Shown in pieces: positions 1-9,048 of a DNA stretch of 34,541 bases. The stretch comes from a virus (taxonomy: Duplodnaviria; Caudoviricetes). The translations under genes were made by a program, and so were the position numbers. The stretch is taken from the IMG/VR virus record IMGVR_UViG_3300020045_005555, positions 1 through 34,541 of that record. One strand, 5' to 3'. The notes beneath the pieces were generated by a model. The model was not told where the DNA came from. It saw only the letters and a list, made by a program, of their open reading frames with translations, and searched no databases. The stretch's first letter is position 1. Each line of letters opens with the position of its first letter.

Positions 1-198
1 CACGAATAACATAAATTTCATATCAGCCTTTAGATACTTCACGATATGTCATTTTAATTCTCCAAGTTTAAAAAGCCAGACTTTCACATCTGGCTTAAAT
101 ATAATTTACGCTGTGACAGCCAACAGCTTATCAACAACATCCGCTAATAGCAAGCAATCTGCATCAAAACCTTCTGATTCATAGTCAAATTTTAAACC
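1..198. repeat. Left copy of 198-bp inverted repeat (runs to window edge)
   Basis: Reverse complement of 1-198 matches 1302-1499 with two mismatches (positions 5 and 24). Confidence 0.97.
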
Positions 199-888
199 CT
201 TAAACTGAGATGTTTCAGTCAAGGTGAATTTGATTCCGTCATGTAACAAACCTAATTCAGATACAACTAAACCTTCAGCGATATGTGATTTGATTTCGTT
301 GCATGAAAGGTCATGGTGCTTGTATTTTACGCTTGAATCCAAACCTGATAGCAACACAGAATCCCCAATAATCAATTCCTCTGGTAAAGTATCGCCTGTA
401 TCTACCCAATCGGTCATTTTTAGCGCAACGTCTTGAACGGCATAAGGTGTGACTATCAGTCCTCCTGTAGCTAAACGTAACTGTGAAATTAAGGCTTCTG
501 CGGATTTCTGCGAAGCGGTATTCACGACAATAATCTCAGGTGTGATATACGCTTGCGTCACTTTGCTTGTCGGGAAGGCTTTTGCGAGTAGCTCAAAATG
601 TACTGTTGATTTTAACACATCTAATTCAGCTTTAGTCGGATGAAACGGTAAGTCGTCGATGCGTTTTTTAAGGGTGTCTTTCATAATACATGATGGTACA
701 CGCTTAGTTTCTGTTTTAAGCGCGATGTGACGGTATTTGTTAGCGTCAGTATGGATAAGTTCTCCTTCGACAGTAATGAATCCAGAAGAGGATTCTTGCT
801 GTGATGCGCAAGGTGTGAAGGAATGGTCGGACAGGTCTACGGTTGAGATTGGTGTATCAATTGTGAAAATCGTTAAATTCTTAAACAT
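106..888 (-). CDS. rdgC: Recombination-associated protein RdgC
   Basis: MFKNLTIF start, FTPCASQQESSSGF, ELLAKAF, SEAL..LRLATGGL, EIKSHIAEG..VSELGL, FDADCLLL; ATG at 888 preceded by CTTGGAG. Confidence 0.88.
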   Translation of the reverse strand: MFKNLTIFTIDTPISTVDLSDHSFTPCASQQESSSGFITVEGELIHTDANKYRHIALKTETKRVPSCIMKDTLKKRIDDLPFHPTKAELDVLKSTVHFELLAKAFPTSKVTQAYITPEIIVVNTASQKSAEALISQLRLATGGLIVTPYAVQDVALKMTDWVDTGDTLPEELIIGDSVLLSGLDSSVKYKHHDLSCNEIKSHIAEGLVVSELGLLHDGIKFTLTETSQFKGLKFDYESEGFDADCLLLADVVDKLLAVTA

Positions 889-962
889 TTGTTTCTCCAA
901 GTTTTAAATTATTATTACAAAAGTACCAGCAAATTTTAATAGTCGCAGAGCTTGACTATTTT

Positions 963-1286
963 TTACTTCACAAGTTGTTTTAACGCCCAGTATTCTGGGT
1001 TTAATGTCAGCTTAATTGCATCCCATAAACATTCCAATGCGCCAAATATCGGTAATATCGTTACAATACCTCCGATAATCAACCATGAGGTCTTATCATC
1101 GGATTCAGCCTGATATTGTTTATAAAAATACTTACCTAGATAAAAAGTTGTTGTTGCTAGTAAGCCAAACCATAACCAATTGTATGCCGCTTCAATCTGT
1201 GCCTGATAAATAAGCGTTTGCCAAATTTTATCAGCAGCAACGCCGAGTTTTTCTGATAATTCTTTGATGATTAGTTCTTCATTCAT
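963..1286 (-). CDS. Hypothetical membrane protein (2 TM)
   Basis: 107-aa ORF, CTTGGAG RBS, two hydrophobic helices, C-terminal NPEYWALK. Confidence 0.8.
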   Translation of the reverse strand: MNEELIIKELSEKLGVAADKIWQTLIYQAQIEAAYNWLWFGLLATTTFYLGKYFYKQYQAESDDKTSWLIIGGIVTILPIFGALECLWDAIKLTLNPEYWALKQLVK

Positions 1287-1301
1287 TTTGTTTCTCCAAG
1301 T

Positions 1302-1499
1302 GGTTTAAAATTTGACTATGAATCAGAAGGTTTTGATGCAGATTGCTTGCTATTAGCGGATGTTGTTGATAAGCTGTTGGCTGTCACAGCGTAAATTATA
1401 TTTAAGCCAGATGTGAAAGTCTGGCTTTTTAAACTTGGAGAATTAAAATGACATATCGTGAAGTATCTAAAGGCTTATATGAAATTTATGTTATGCGTG
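1302..1499. repeat. Right copy of 198-bp inverted repeat (rdgC 3' end, terminator, RBS and start of next ORF)
   Basis: Direct comparison with 1-198. Confidence 0.97.
1404..1430 (+). terminator. Rho-independent terminator (mirror copy at ~70-96 on - strand)
   Basis: AAGCCAGA-TGTGAAAG-TCTGGCTT followed by T run, just after the rdgC stop. Confidence 0.75.
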
Positions 1500-1588
1500 A
1501 TGGTAAGTACACTTTAGTTGCGAAACATAACGGCAGCTTATCAAGTGTACGAGATTTTATTAGAAGAAAATCAATTGGGGGAATTTAA
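1448..1588 (+). CDS. Small hypothetical protein (46 aa, MTYREVSKGLYEIY...)
   Basis: Translated by hand; CTTGGAG RBS; stop abuts next ATG. Confidence 0.7.
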   Translation: MTYREVSKGLYEIYVMRDGKYTLVAKHNGSLSSVRDFIRRKSIGGI

Positions 1589-1589
1589 G

Positions 1590-2156
1590 ATGACATCGAT
1601 TAAGCTAGAAAGTGAAATAGAAAAACTGGCTAGTGAGCTTCGGGCATCACACAGTGATTTTTATGAAGAAACAATTGGGGATTGGGTCAAGCAGAATAAA
1701 CCAGAAGTGGATTCTAAATGGCTTAGCGACAAGCAAATCAGATTACTAAGCTACCATTTAGCTGAATGTGAAGAGTCTTGTATTGACGGAATGGATTTTG
1801 AAATGGAGATTTCAGAATGGCAAAACAAACAAACCTTCACGACCGAATGGGATGATGCTCCTGAAAGAGCTACTGAGTTCCAGATTAGAAAGGTTTGGTT
1901 TGAATCACATGAAGATCGACTTAATGTTATTCACTACGAAGTATTGCGTACGGAGCAACGTCCGCAACAAACACCGCGAGTTGGGCAGGTTTGGGTATGT
2001 AAATATGATGAGTCAGATTATGAAATTACTTTGCTTGGGAATATAAAAATTGACAGTGAATGGGTACCATCTGTGACTTATATGCGAGAAGCAAACCAAG
2101 AGTATTATACCCGACCACTAGCTGAATTCATCACTAAGTTTAAATATTTAAAATAA
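1590..2156 (+). CDS. Hypothetical protein with DUF1653-like C-terminal domain
   Basis: GGGGGA RBS; C-terminus Y.I..LG...VTY...YTRPLAEF..KF. Confidence 0.65.
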   Translation: MTSIKLESEIEKLASELRASHSDFYEETIGDWVKQNKPEVDSKWLSDKQIRLLSYHLAECEESCIDGMDFEMEISEWQNKQTFTTEWDDAPERATEFQIRKVWFESHEDRLNVIHYEVLRTEQRPQQTPRVGQVWVCKYDESDYEITLLGNIKIDSEWVPSVTYMREANQEYYTRPLAEFITKFKYLK

Positions 2157-2218
2157 CTATGCTATACTATCTGCACTGGTAATAATCAGTGCAGATTACA
2201 AACTACTGGAGAGTAAAC

Positions 2219-2383
2219 ATGAGTAAAACCTACATCGAGCAATCAACTAAGCGTAAAGTTATCGCTAATGGCGAACCTTACGCTGTTGATAATACACAGT
2301 ACCTAGATGTCTATTGCATTAGTAATCCGAATTTCATTAAGCGAGTTAAATTATCTGAAGTACAAATGGTCGGTAGTGAATGA
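2219..2383 (+). CDS. Hypothetical protein
   Basis: CTGGAG RBS before ATG 2219. Confidence 0.65.
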   Translation: MSKTYIEQSTKRKVIANGEPYAVDNTQYLDVYCISNPNFIKRVKLSEVQMVGSE

Positions 2384-2583
2384 AAATTGATACTAAAGTC
2401 TTAGTGCGAAATCATGGTGATACACATTGGCGAAAAGGTTATTTTGCTGGATATGATGCTGAAAATAAACCCCAAGCGTTTATGTTTTGTCAAACATCAA
2501 AACAGACTAAAAATGTAACCTCATGGGATACTGTGATTGCATTTGACAAGAACCTGCTAATTAACTCACAATTTGACTATTGA
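2380..2583 (+). CDS. Hypothetical protein
   Basis: ATGA overlap with upstream ORF; KVLVRN....WRKGYFA pattern. Confidence 0.65.
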   Translation: MKIDTKVLVRNHGDTHWRKGYFAGYDAENKPQAFMFCQTSKQTKNVTSWDTVIAFDKNLLINSQFDY

Positions 2584-2590
2584 ACACAAT

Positions 2591-3973
2591 ATGCAACTAT
2601 CAGAAGAGCAACTAGAAAACATTGCATTTGGCAAAACAGGAAAGAATTTGCTGATAAATGCTCTTAGCGGCGCAGCGAAAAGTACGACGCTTAGAGAGAT
2701 AGCAAAATCACAACCTAACCGACGTTTTTTATACATTGCGTACAACAAGTCTGTAGCAACAGAAGCTACTGCGAGCTTCCCACGCAATACAACTTGTAAG
2801 ACAATTCACTCGATCGCTTACGGTGCAGTGGGGTACAAATACACTAAAAGATTGTCTACCTCCCCAAACAGTTTCTTAGTGAGCAAAGCCATTGGTACAG
2901 ACGTTAAAACAGCTAGGATTGCTATTGATACTGTGAATAACTATTGTCTAAGTGCGGATGACGATATAAGTGATGACCATTTACCAGATATGTTTATTGA
3001 TGGCGAGTTGTCGAATGATACAAAAGCTAAGAAGTCAAGATGGATACAATTAGCTAACGCTTACTGGAAGCAGATTTGTGACGAGGAAGGTAAATTAGCC
3101 ATTACACATGATAATTATCTGAAGATGTATGGGTTGTCAAAACCAACGTTTAATTATGATTGTGTATTGTATGATGAGGTTCAAGATATGAATGGTGTTT
3201 TGTATGGCATTAGCTTATTGCAGAATTGCCAACAAATTTATGTAGGAGACCCGTTACAGAATATCTATTCTTTTCGTAACACAATAAACGTCATGGATTT
3301 AGTTAAAGTTGACTATAGAGGTACGTTGTCATGTAGTTTTCGCTTTGGCTCAGAAGTGGCTAACTTAGTGAACAAAATGCTCACTGATGTGATGTTTACG
3401 CCGATGCAGACATTGCCTAGTAAAAAAACTAAAATTGTGACAGTTAATACTTACCCTTTCACAGTGATAACTCGTACAAATTCCAGTATAATTGATGTTG
3501 TCATCAGAATGAATTCTATCGGTAGAAAGTGTCATGTTATCGGTGGAGCAGATGAACAGATTCAGCAATTAGAGGCTATTTATTGCATTCACCGTGGTAA
3601 TGAAACAAAATTTTGGGCGTTTAAAAGATTCAAGGAATTCAAACAACTTTTGATATTCGCTAACGGAAAGGAAGGAGAATCGTACAAAGCCATTGTCAAT
3701 TACATTAGTAAGCGACTAGACGAGATACCTGATATTGTACGAGCATTACGCGCCTGTGTGAGTGAAAAAGAAGCCGATGTTTGTTGTGTTACTAGCCATC
3801 GGAGTAAAGGGGCAAGCATATCTAGGGTGAGCATATATAATGATTTTATTTGCAAAAACGATAAGAACTACTGTGAGGAAGAGTTGCGAATTTTATATGT
3901 TGCGATAACTAGAGCTGTAGATGAATTAAACATTTCCAAATGTGATGCTGTACAATCTCACTTAAAAGATTGA
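2591..3973 (+). CDS. UvrD/Rep-like superfamily 1 DNA helicase
   Basis: ALSGAAKST, IAYNKSVA, TIHSIAY, YDEVQD, VGDPLQNIYSFR, LSCSFRF, HRSKG, LYVAITRA. Confidence 0.92.
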   Translation: MQLSEEQLENIAFGKTGKNLLINALSGAAKSTTLREIAKSQPNRRFLYIAYNKSVATEATASFPRNTTCKTIHSIAYGAVGYKYTKRLSTSPNSFLVSKAIGTDVKTARIAIDTVNNYCLSADDDISDDHLPDMFIDGELSNDTKAKKSRWIQLANAYWKQICDEEGKLAITHDNYLKMYGLSKPTFNYDCVLYDEVQDMNGVLYGISLLQNCQQIYVGDPLQNIYSFRNTINVMDLVKVDYRGTLSCSFRFGSEVANLVNKMLTDVMFTPMQTLPSKKTKIVTVNTYPFTVITRTNSSIIDVVIRMNSIGRKCHVIGGADEQIQQLEAIYCIHRGNETKFWAFKRFKEFKQLLIFANGKEGESYKAIVNYISKRLDEIPDIVRALRACVSEKEADVCCVTSHRSKGASISRVSIYNDFICKNDKNYCEEELRILYVAITRAVDELNISKCDAVQSHLKD

Positions 3974-3998
3974 CAAATTAAATATGCTATGCTAATAT
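3970..3998 (+). promoter_or_regulatory. sigma70-type promoter for GIY-YIG gene
   Basis: TTGACA-17 nt-TAATAT. Confidence 0.65.
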
Positions 3999-4004
3999 CT
4001 TCTC

Positions 4005-4132
4005 ATCGGTGTGAGAACTGAAGCATAGCATATTTTAAAGTCCTTTGGTTTGGACTGGTAAATTAGAATTTCTGCTATGTTTTGCAGTTCTCACGCTTTC
4101 TAATAAACCAGTCCAAATTTAAGGATTTTCAA
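4005..4132 (+). promoter_or_regulatory. Structured 5' leader (long hairpin occluding RBS, loop complementary to 5' end)
   Basis: Stems 4037-4045/4121-4129, 4049-4059/4107-4117, 4062-4068/4098-4104; 4010-4030 complementary to 4073-4095. Confidence 0.7.
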
Positions 4133-4969
4133 ATGTCAACATTGAAACAACCAGTAAATACTAAGAGTCCTCACATTCACGTTGTCTACAAGCATACCGC
4201 GCCTAATGGAAAGTCTTATATCGGGATAACTAATCATTACACAAGACGTAGTTCTCAACATAGAAATACTGATGCTTGCTCGATATTTCATAGAGCTATT
4301 GATAAATACGGTTGGGAAAATTTCAAGCACGAATTTCTAGCTGTAGGATTGACGTTAGAGGCTGCTAACCATTTCGAGGAATTTTATATTAGGACTCATG
4401 ATACATTGTCGCCGAATGGGTATAACTTAAAGACTGGAGGTGATGTAGGTAAAAATAATCCTATTACAAATGAAAAAATATCAGAAGCTAATAAAGGTAG
4501 GATTGTATCTGAAGAAACCAGAATTAAGATTTCTGAGTCTAATATGGGAAAGACTCACACTCCTGAATCAAGAGCTAAGATGTCAAAATCACAAAAGGGA
4601 AGGGTAATATCGCCAGAATCGTCCGCAAAAAGAATAGCTACTGTAACTGGACGCAAGAACTCAGAGTCCACTAAATATAAAATTGGGTTTGCAAATAAAA
4701 AACCTCACTTCAAATTGGAGTATGCTTCTTATTGTAATAACATAATATCAATGCCAGAAAACACTATTTTTAAAACTAATGACTTAAAAATAGCATTGGA
4801 TAATAATTGTAGTGGCGCAGGGATATGCTCAAGAATACTCACTGGTGAATTTCCAAATGCGTATAAAGGTAAAAATAATGTTAACCTAATCCCAATCACC
4901 GACGTAATCTCATACTACGAAAAGTACAAAGAAATTTATTTAGTTGACAGTGACGTAGAATTGCCATAG
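4133..4969 (+). CDS. Free-standing GIY-YIG homing endonuclease with NUMOD3 repeats
   Basis: VVYKHT...SYIGIT, R..QH, EEFYI, GYNLKTGG; repeated SEETRIKISES / TPESRAKMSKSQKG. Confidence 0.92.
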   Translation: MSTLKQPVNTKSPHIHVVYKHTAPNGKSYIGITNHYTRRSSQHRNTDACSIFHRAIDKYGWENFKHEFLAVGLTLEAANHFEEFYIRTHDTLSPNGYNLKTGGDVGKNNPITNEKISEANKGRIVSEETRIKISESNMGKTHTPESRAKMSKSQKGRVISPESSAKRIATVTGRKNSESTKYKIGFANKKPHFKLEYASYCNNIISMPENTIFKTNDLKIALDNNCSGAGICSRILTGEFPNAYKGKNNVNLIPITDVISYYEKYKEIYLVDSDVELP

Positions 4970-4972
4970 AAT
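4944..4972 (+). promoter_or_regulatory. sigma70-type promoter for antirepressor gene
   Basis: TTGACA-17 nt-TAGAAT. Confidence 0.75.
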
Positions 4973-4976
4973 CTTA

Positions 4977-5120
4977 ATCGTGGTGTAGAAGCCAAGTCAA
5001 AAAATCCTTAATAGGATATTCATCAGGGTAATTGCCCATATACTGAAAAGCAATTACACTAAATGACGGTGTTTCTACGCTCTGATGATTATTTTATTAA
5101 GGATTTTTTCGTTTAATTTT
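4977..5120 (+). promoter_or_regulatory. Structured 5' leader / attenuator-like element
   Basis: Perfect 15-bp stem 4999-5013/5095-5109; inner stems 5020-5027/5081-5088 and 5028-5035/5050-5057; 4982-4992 pairs with 5071-5081. Confidence 0.7.
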
Positions 5121-5138
5121 AATTATGAGGTGTTACAA

Positions 5139-5852
5139 ATGCAGTTAGATATTACAAGTTACGAATTTTCAACGGCTAAAGTTGATGCTGTTTCAGCTAA
5201 AGATTTATATCGAGAGTTAGATTTAGATAAAAGTCATTTCTCAAGATGGTGCAAAAGAGAAATTACTGAAAATGGATTTTTCGTTGAAAATCAAGATTTG
5301 GTACGACTAGCCGTCGGTGGCGAGACACCTACAGGGGGTAAAATTGAAAGAACTGATTACGCTATTTCAACTGATATGGCTAAAAGATTAGCTATGAAAT
5401 CTGAATCATCGAAAGCTGAAGAAGTTAGGACTTATTTCATTGATTGTGAAAAACAGTTGAAAGAAAAACAATCCAATCTTCCAACAAACTACATCGAAGC
5501 CCTACAAGCCTTAATTGAATCTGAAAAAGCTAAACAGTTAGCTTTAGACAATCAAGCTAAAGCTGAATTAGAAGTTTCAAAACTCACAACCATCATTGAT
5601 AATGAGTTTGGTTGGTCATCGATTCTAAGAGCGGCTAGTTATGCTGGCGTACACTAATCTACTTTCAAATGGCGTACTTTGAAAAGTGTCACTGTTGGCT
5701 TAGGATTAGAAGTTAAACGTGTGCTGTCTCCTCGTTTTGATTATCAAGTTTTATATCCAATCAAAGCATTTCAGATTGCTTATCCTGATATTGACTTTGA
5801 TGATTTGAAACCCGAATCTCATGACGACAAGTTAGAATTAGCATTGTTGTAA
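5139..5852 (+). pseudogene. AntA/AntB-type antirepressor interrupted by in-frame TAA at 5655-5657
   Basis: VSAKDLY..L....HFSRW, GF.ENQD, DYAISTDMAK.LAM, EVR.YFI.CEK, LP.NY.EAL; frame stays open 64 codons after the TAA (STFKWRTLK...AYPDI...). Confidence 0.8.
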
Positions 5853-5912
5853 AAATATTACCCACCACGAGGGTGTTAAATTCTTAACGCCCTCGAACCT
5901 AAAGGAATTTCA

Positions 5913-6668
5913 ATGATAAACCTACACAATCAAGACTGCCTAACATTCATGCCGACACTGCCAGATAACAGCATTGATTTAATCTTATGTGACTTACCTT
6001 ATTCTCAAACTGCACTTTCATGGGATAATGTGATTCCATTTGATAAATTGTGGGAACAATACAGCCGAATTGTCAAACCAACAGGAACTATTCTATTATT
6101 CGGGCAAGAACCTTTCTCATCCCTCGTGAGAATGTCTAACCTTAAAAACTACAAGTATGACTATTACTGGGAGAAGGAACGCGCTACTAATGTGATGCAA
6201 GTTAAGCGTCGCGCTGGTAAAGTAATTGAAACTGTTTCTGTATTTCATAATTCACCTAAAGGTGGACAAACATATAATCCTCAAATGATAACCTATACAG
6301 GCAAACCTCGCTCGAATGGCAACGGCGGTACTTTGGGTGAATTAGTAGCTGGTAAGAATAAACAAGGTAAAGGTTATCAAGACAACGGTTTACGTTACCC
6401 TACACAAGTATTAAGGTTTAAGCGCGATTCACTGAAATGTAGTTTACATCCTACACAGAAGCCCGTATTATTATTGGAACATTTGCTATTATCACATTCT
6501 AATGAGGGGGATGTTGTTTTAGATAACTGTTTTGGAAGTGGCAGCGCAGCGATAGCCTCTGTGAACACAGCTAGGAGGTTTATCGGATGCGAATTAGATA
6601 GCAATTATTTCGCAATTGCACAAGAAAGAATTAACAAGCATATTGGGGAAGTAAATGAACGATTTTAA
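5913..6668 (+). CDS. DNA methyltransferase, N6-adenine/N4-cytosine (beta class)
   Basis: DLILCDLPY catalytic motif, HPTQKP, VLDNCFGSGS SAM-binding motif, FIGCELD. Confidence 0.93.
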   Translation: MINLHNQDCLTFMPTLPDNSIDLILCDLPYSQTALSWDNVIPFDKLWEQYSRIVKPTGTILLFGQEPFSSLVRMSNLKNYKYDYYWEKERATNVMQVKRRAGKVIETVSVFHNSPKGGQTYNPQMITYTGKPRSNGNGGTLGELVAGKNKQGKGYQDNGLRYPTQVLRFKRDSLKCSLHPTQKPVLLLEHLLLSHSNEGDVVLDNCFGSGSAAIASVNTARRFIGCELDSNYFAIAQERINKHIGEVNERF

Positions 6669-6936
6669 CGTCATTGATATTTTACATTCAAAACTAACTG
6701 CTTATTTAAAAAATACATTCGTTAAGGACGAATTCGTTTTAAAATATAAATCTTTACCAATACATAGAATTGAGATTGATAATTGTTTGTATTCGCCGTT
6801 AGTAATATTTCCTAGAGAAGGTCATTGGCATATTTATGTCTACGAAAATGAAATTTCAGATTTAGAAATCGAAGTTTTTAATAAGATTGGTGGATTACAT
6901 ATTGGAACTTTAAAATTTAACACAGGTATAAAATGA
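6655..6936 (+). CDS. Hypothetical protein
   Basis: 93-aa ORF overlapping both neighbours, GGGGA RBS. Confidence 0.6.
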   Translation: MNDFNVIDILHSKLTAYLKNTFVKDEFVLKYKSLPIHRIEIDNCLYSPLVIFPREGHWHIYVYENEISDLEIEVFNKIGGLHIGTLKFNTGIK

Positions 6937-7991
6937 AAACAATAAAGACGCAATCAGTCAAATACGCTGGTAGCAAATTAAAATTGCTACCAACCATACT
7001 CAGCTTGATACCCGCTGGTACCCAAACCGTACTAGACGGTTTCTCAGGGTCAACGCGCGTATCGCAATCCTTAGCTATTGCGGGTTATAATGTGACAAGT
7101 AATGACATCTCAGAGTTATCGTATGTATTAGGTAAATGCTACTTAATGTCACCACAGTTAGACTACCAAGAAGTCATCGACTATCTAAACAACCTAACGC
7201 CAGTAGAAGGCTGGTTTACTGAAAACTATGGTGGTTATGTTACTTCTAAGTCATCAGTCCAACAAGATGGCTTAAAACGCATCTGGCAACGTCACAATAC
7301 TATGCGTTTAGACGCTATTCGTGCAGAAATAGATAATCTACCTTCAGAGTATAAGCATGTCGCTTTAACCAGCCTAATTTTAGCTATGGACGCAGTTGAT
7401 TCGTCGTTAGGGCATCAGGTCAGTTATTTGCGAGAATGGTCTAGTAGGAGCTATAAAGACGCTATTTTGCGCGTACCTGATATTATTTATACCGATAAAC
7501 CGCATTCTGTGATTAAAGGTGATGTGTTTGACATCACTACGTATTACGATTGTGTCTACCTAGATAGCCCATATGGCAGCGCGAATACCAAGATGCCGTC
7601 CTCTCGCATACGCTACAATAGTTATTACCACCTGTGGAAAACAGTGATACTAAACGACAAACCTGAGTTATTCGGTAAGGCTAAACGTCGAGTAGACTCG
7701 CGCGATAACTTTGATTGTCCATTTGAGGACTACCGTGAAGATTATGCGGTTTCGGCTATGCGTAAGTTAGTGTCTGAAGTAAATGCCGATTATGTGATAT
7801 TGTCGTATAATAATAATGGTATCATTACGTTAGATACTATGCTGGACATCATGCTAAGCAACGGTAAGTTATTACAGACTATTGTCGTTGACTACAAGCG
7901 CAATGTGATGGCTAGTATGTCTTGGACGAAAGAATGGATAAATCAAAATGGCAAGAATCAGGAATTCTTATTTTTGATTGATAAGCGTTGA
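6933..7991 (+). CDS. DNA adenine methyltransferase (D12/alpha class)
   Basis: KYAGSKLKLL, LDGFSGS..VS, SND, YLDSPY (DPPY variant), ILSYNN.G, EFLF. Confidence 0.9.
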   Translation: MKTIKTQSVKYAGSKLKLLPTILSLIPAGTQTVLDGFSGSTRVSQSLAIAGYNVTSNDISELSYVLGKCYLMSPQLDYQEVIDYLNNLTPVEGWFTENYGGYVTSKSSVQQDGLKRIWQRHNTMRLDAIRAEIDNLPSEYKHVALTSLILAMDAVDSSLGHQVSYLREWSSRSYKDAILRVPDIIYTDKPHSVIKGDVFDITTYYDCVYLDSPYGSANTKMPSSRIRYNSYYHLWKTVILNDKPELFGKAKRRVDSRDNFDCPFEDYREDYAVSAMRKLVSEVNADYVILSYNNNGIITLDTMLDIMLSNGKLLQTIVVDYKRNVMASMSWTKEWINQNGKNQEFLFLIDKR

Positions 7992-8026
7992 TAGATTATT
8001 AAGTGATATATTTTAAAAATAAACTA

Positions 8027-8056
8027 TTGACAAACGTAGTACAAAACAATTATCCT
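8027..8056 (+). promoter_or_regulatory. sigma70-type promoter
   Basis: TTGACA-18 nt-TATCCT; spacer contains AACGTAGTAC. Confidence 0.6.
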
Positions 8057-8099
8057 ATACCTGCCGTAACAAATTACTTAAATTACTTGGAGAATAACA

Positions 8100-8402
8100 A
8101 TGTCTACAGAAGTCAAACCGACAACAAAAGAAGAAATCGAAGCGCAAGAAGTCTTTATGACTAAGATTGTCCCGATTCTTAAAACGATTATGAAAGAACC
8201 CATTAAGGCGTATGTCAAAACAGAGTCACTACACATTTGCGTACACTCACATAACAAAGATGAATTGTACAATTTAAGCAAGTTATTAAGAGATACTAAG
8301 TTGCCTTATACGACTAAGGAAGGTGTTAAAGTTTATGCTGGTAGCATTAGCAAATTTTGCGTAGTATCGTCAATTGAACGCTTACTGGCGTTAGGAGAAT
8401 AA
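8100..8402 (+). CDS. Hypothetical protein
   Basis: CTTGGAG RBS, 100 aa. Confidence 0.75.
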   Translation: MSTEVKPTTKEEIEAQEVFMTKIVPILKTIMKEPIKAYVKTESLHICVHSHNKDELYNLSKLLRDTKLPYTTKEGVKVYAGSISKFCVVSSIERLLALGE

Positions 8403-8403
8403 A

Positions 8404-8520
8404 ATGTTTTCACTAGAAGAGGTAATCGCATTACGCAAGCAAGGTTTTACGCACTACAAGACTACTTGCAATGGCACACGGTATTATCGTACTTGGTCAG
8501 TTGGTAGAAGTACGTTGTAA
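8404..8520 (+). CDS. Small hypothetical protein (38 aa)
   Basis: TAGGAG RBS; translated by hand MFSLEEVIALRKQGFTHY... Confidence 0.55.
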   Translation: MFSLEEVIALRKQGFTHYKTTCNGTRYYRTWSVGRSTL

Positions 8521-8540
8521 TTTAATTAGGGGAATATAAA

Positions 8541-9038
8541 ATGAGTCATGTTAAAAACAATAGCGGTAACAACGAATGGTATACACCTTCTGAATTTGTT
8601 GAATCTGCACGATTTGTTATGGGTGGTATCAATCTCGATCCAGCTTCTAGCATTATTGCCAATCAAACTGTGAAAGCTGATAGATTTTATTCGATTGAAG
8701 ACGATGGGTTATCGCAAGATTGGACGACTGAAGCACTATTTATTAACCCGCCTTACGGTAGAGATTTGATTGGTAAGTTTATTGATAAACTAATTTCTTC
8801 TAATGTGAAACAAGCTATTGTGATGGTGAATAATGCAACTGAAACACAATGGGGAAGTAAGTTATTGTTGCATTCTAAAGCTGTTTGCTTCATTACTAAA
8901 CGAGTTAAATTTATTACTCCAGAAGGTATACCGTTAAAATCACCATTACAAGGTCAGATGGTTTGTTATATTGGTAATAATCCGATAGGCTTTAAAGAAG
9001 AATTTTCGCAGTATGGTGTGGTTTTAATAAACAACTAA
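8541..9038 (+). CDS. Phage Dam-family DNA N6-adenine methyltransferase
   Basis: NEWYTP, LDPASS, DDGL...W, FINPPYG, NNATET.W, RVKF. Confidence 0.9.
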   Translation: MSHVKNNSGNNEWYTPSEFVESARFVMGGINLDPASSIIANQTVKADRFYSIEDDGLSQDWTTEALFINPPYGRDLIGKFIDKLISSNVKQAIVMVNNATETQWGSKLLLHSKAVCFITKRVKFITPEGIPLKSPLQGQMVCYIGNNPIGFKEEFSQYGVVLINN

Positions 9039-9048
9039 GGTGTATAAA

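Noticed and set aside
1-1499. IS element or transposon bounded by terminal inverted repeats
   Set aside because: The repeat consists of ordinary rdgC coding and intergenic sequence, and no transposase is present
3974-4969. GIY-YIG gene lying inside a self-splicing intron
   Set aside because: The upstream helicase ends with motif VI and a stop, the downstream gene is unrelated, and no intron core is visible
5655-5657. Genome-wide stop-codon reassignment
   Set aside because: Only one internal stop was seen; TAA, TAG and TGA all end conserved genes normally
5913-7991. Complete restriction-modification system with 6655-6936 as nuclease
   Set aside because: That ORF is only 93 aa with no recognisable nuclease motif
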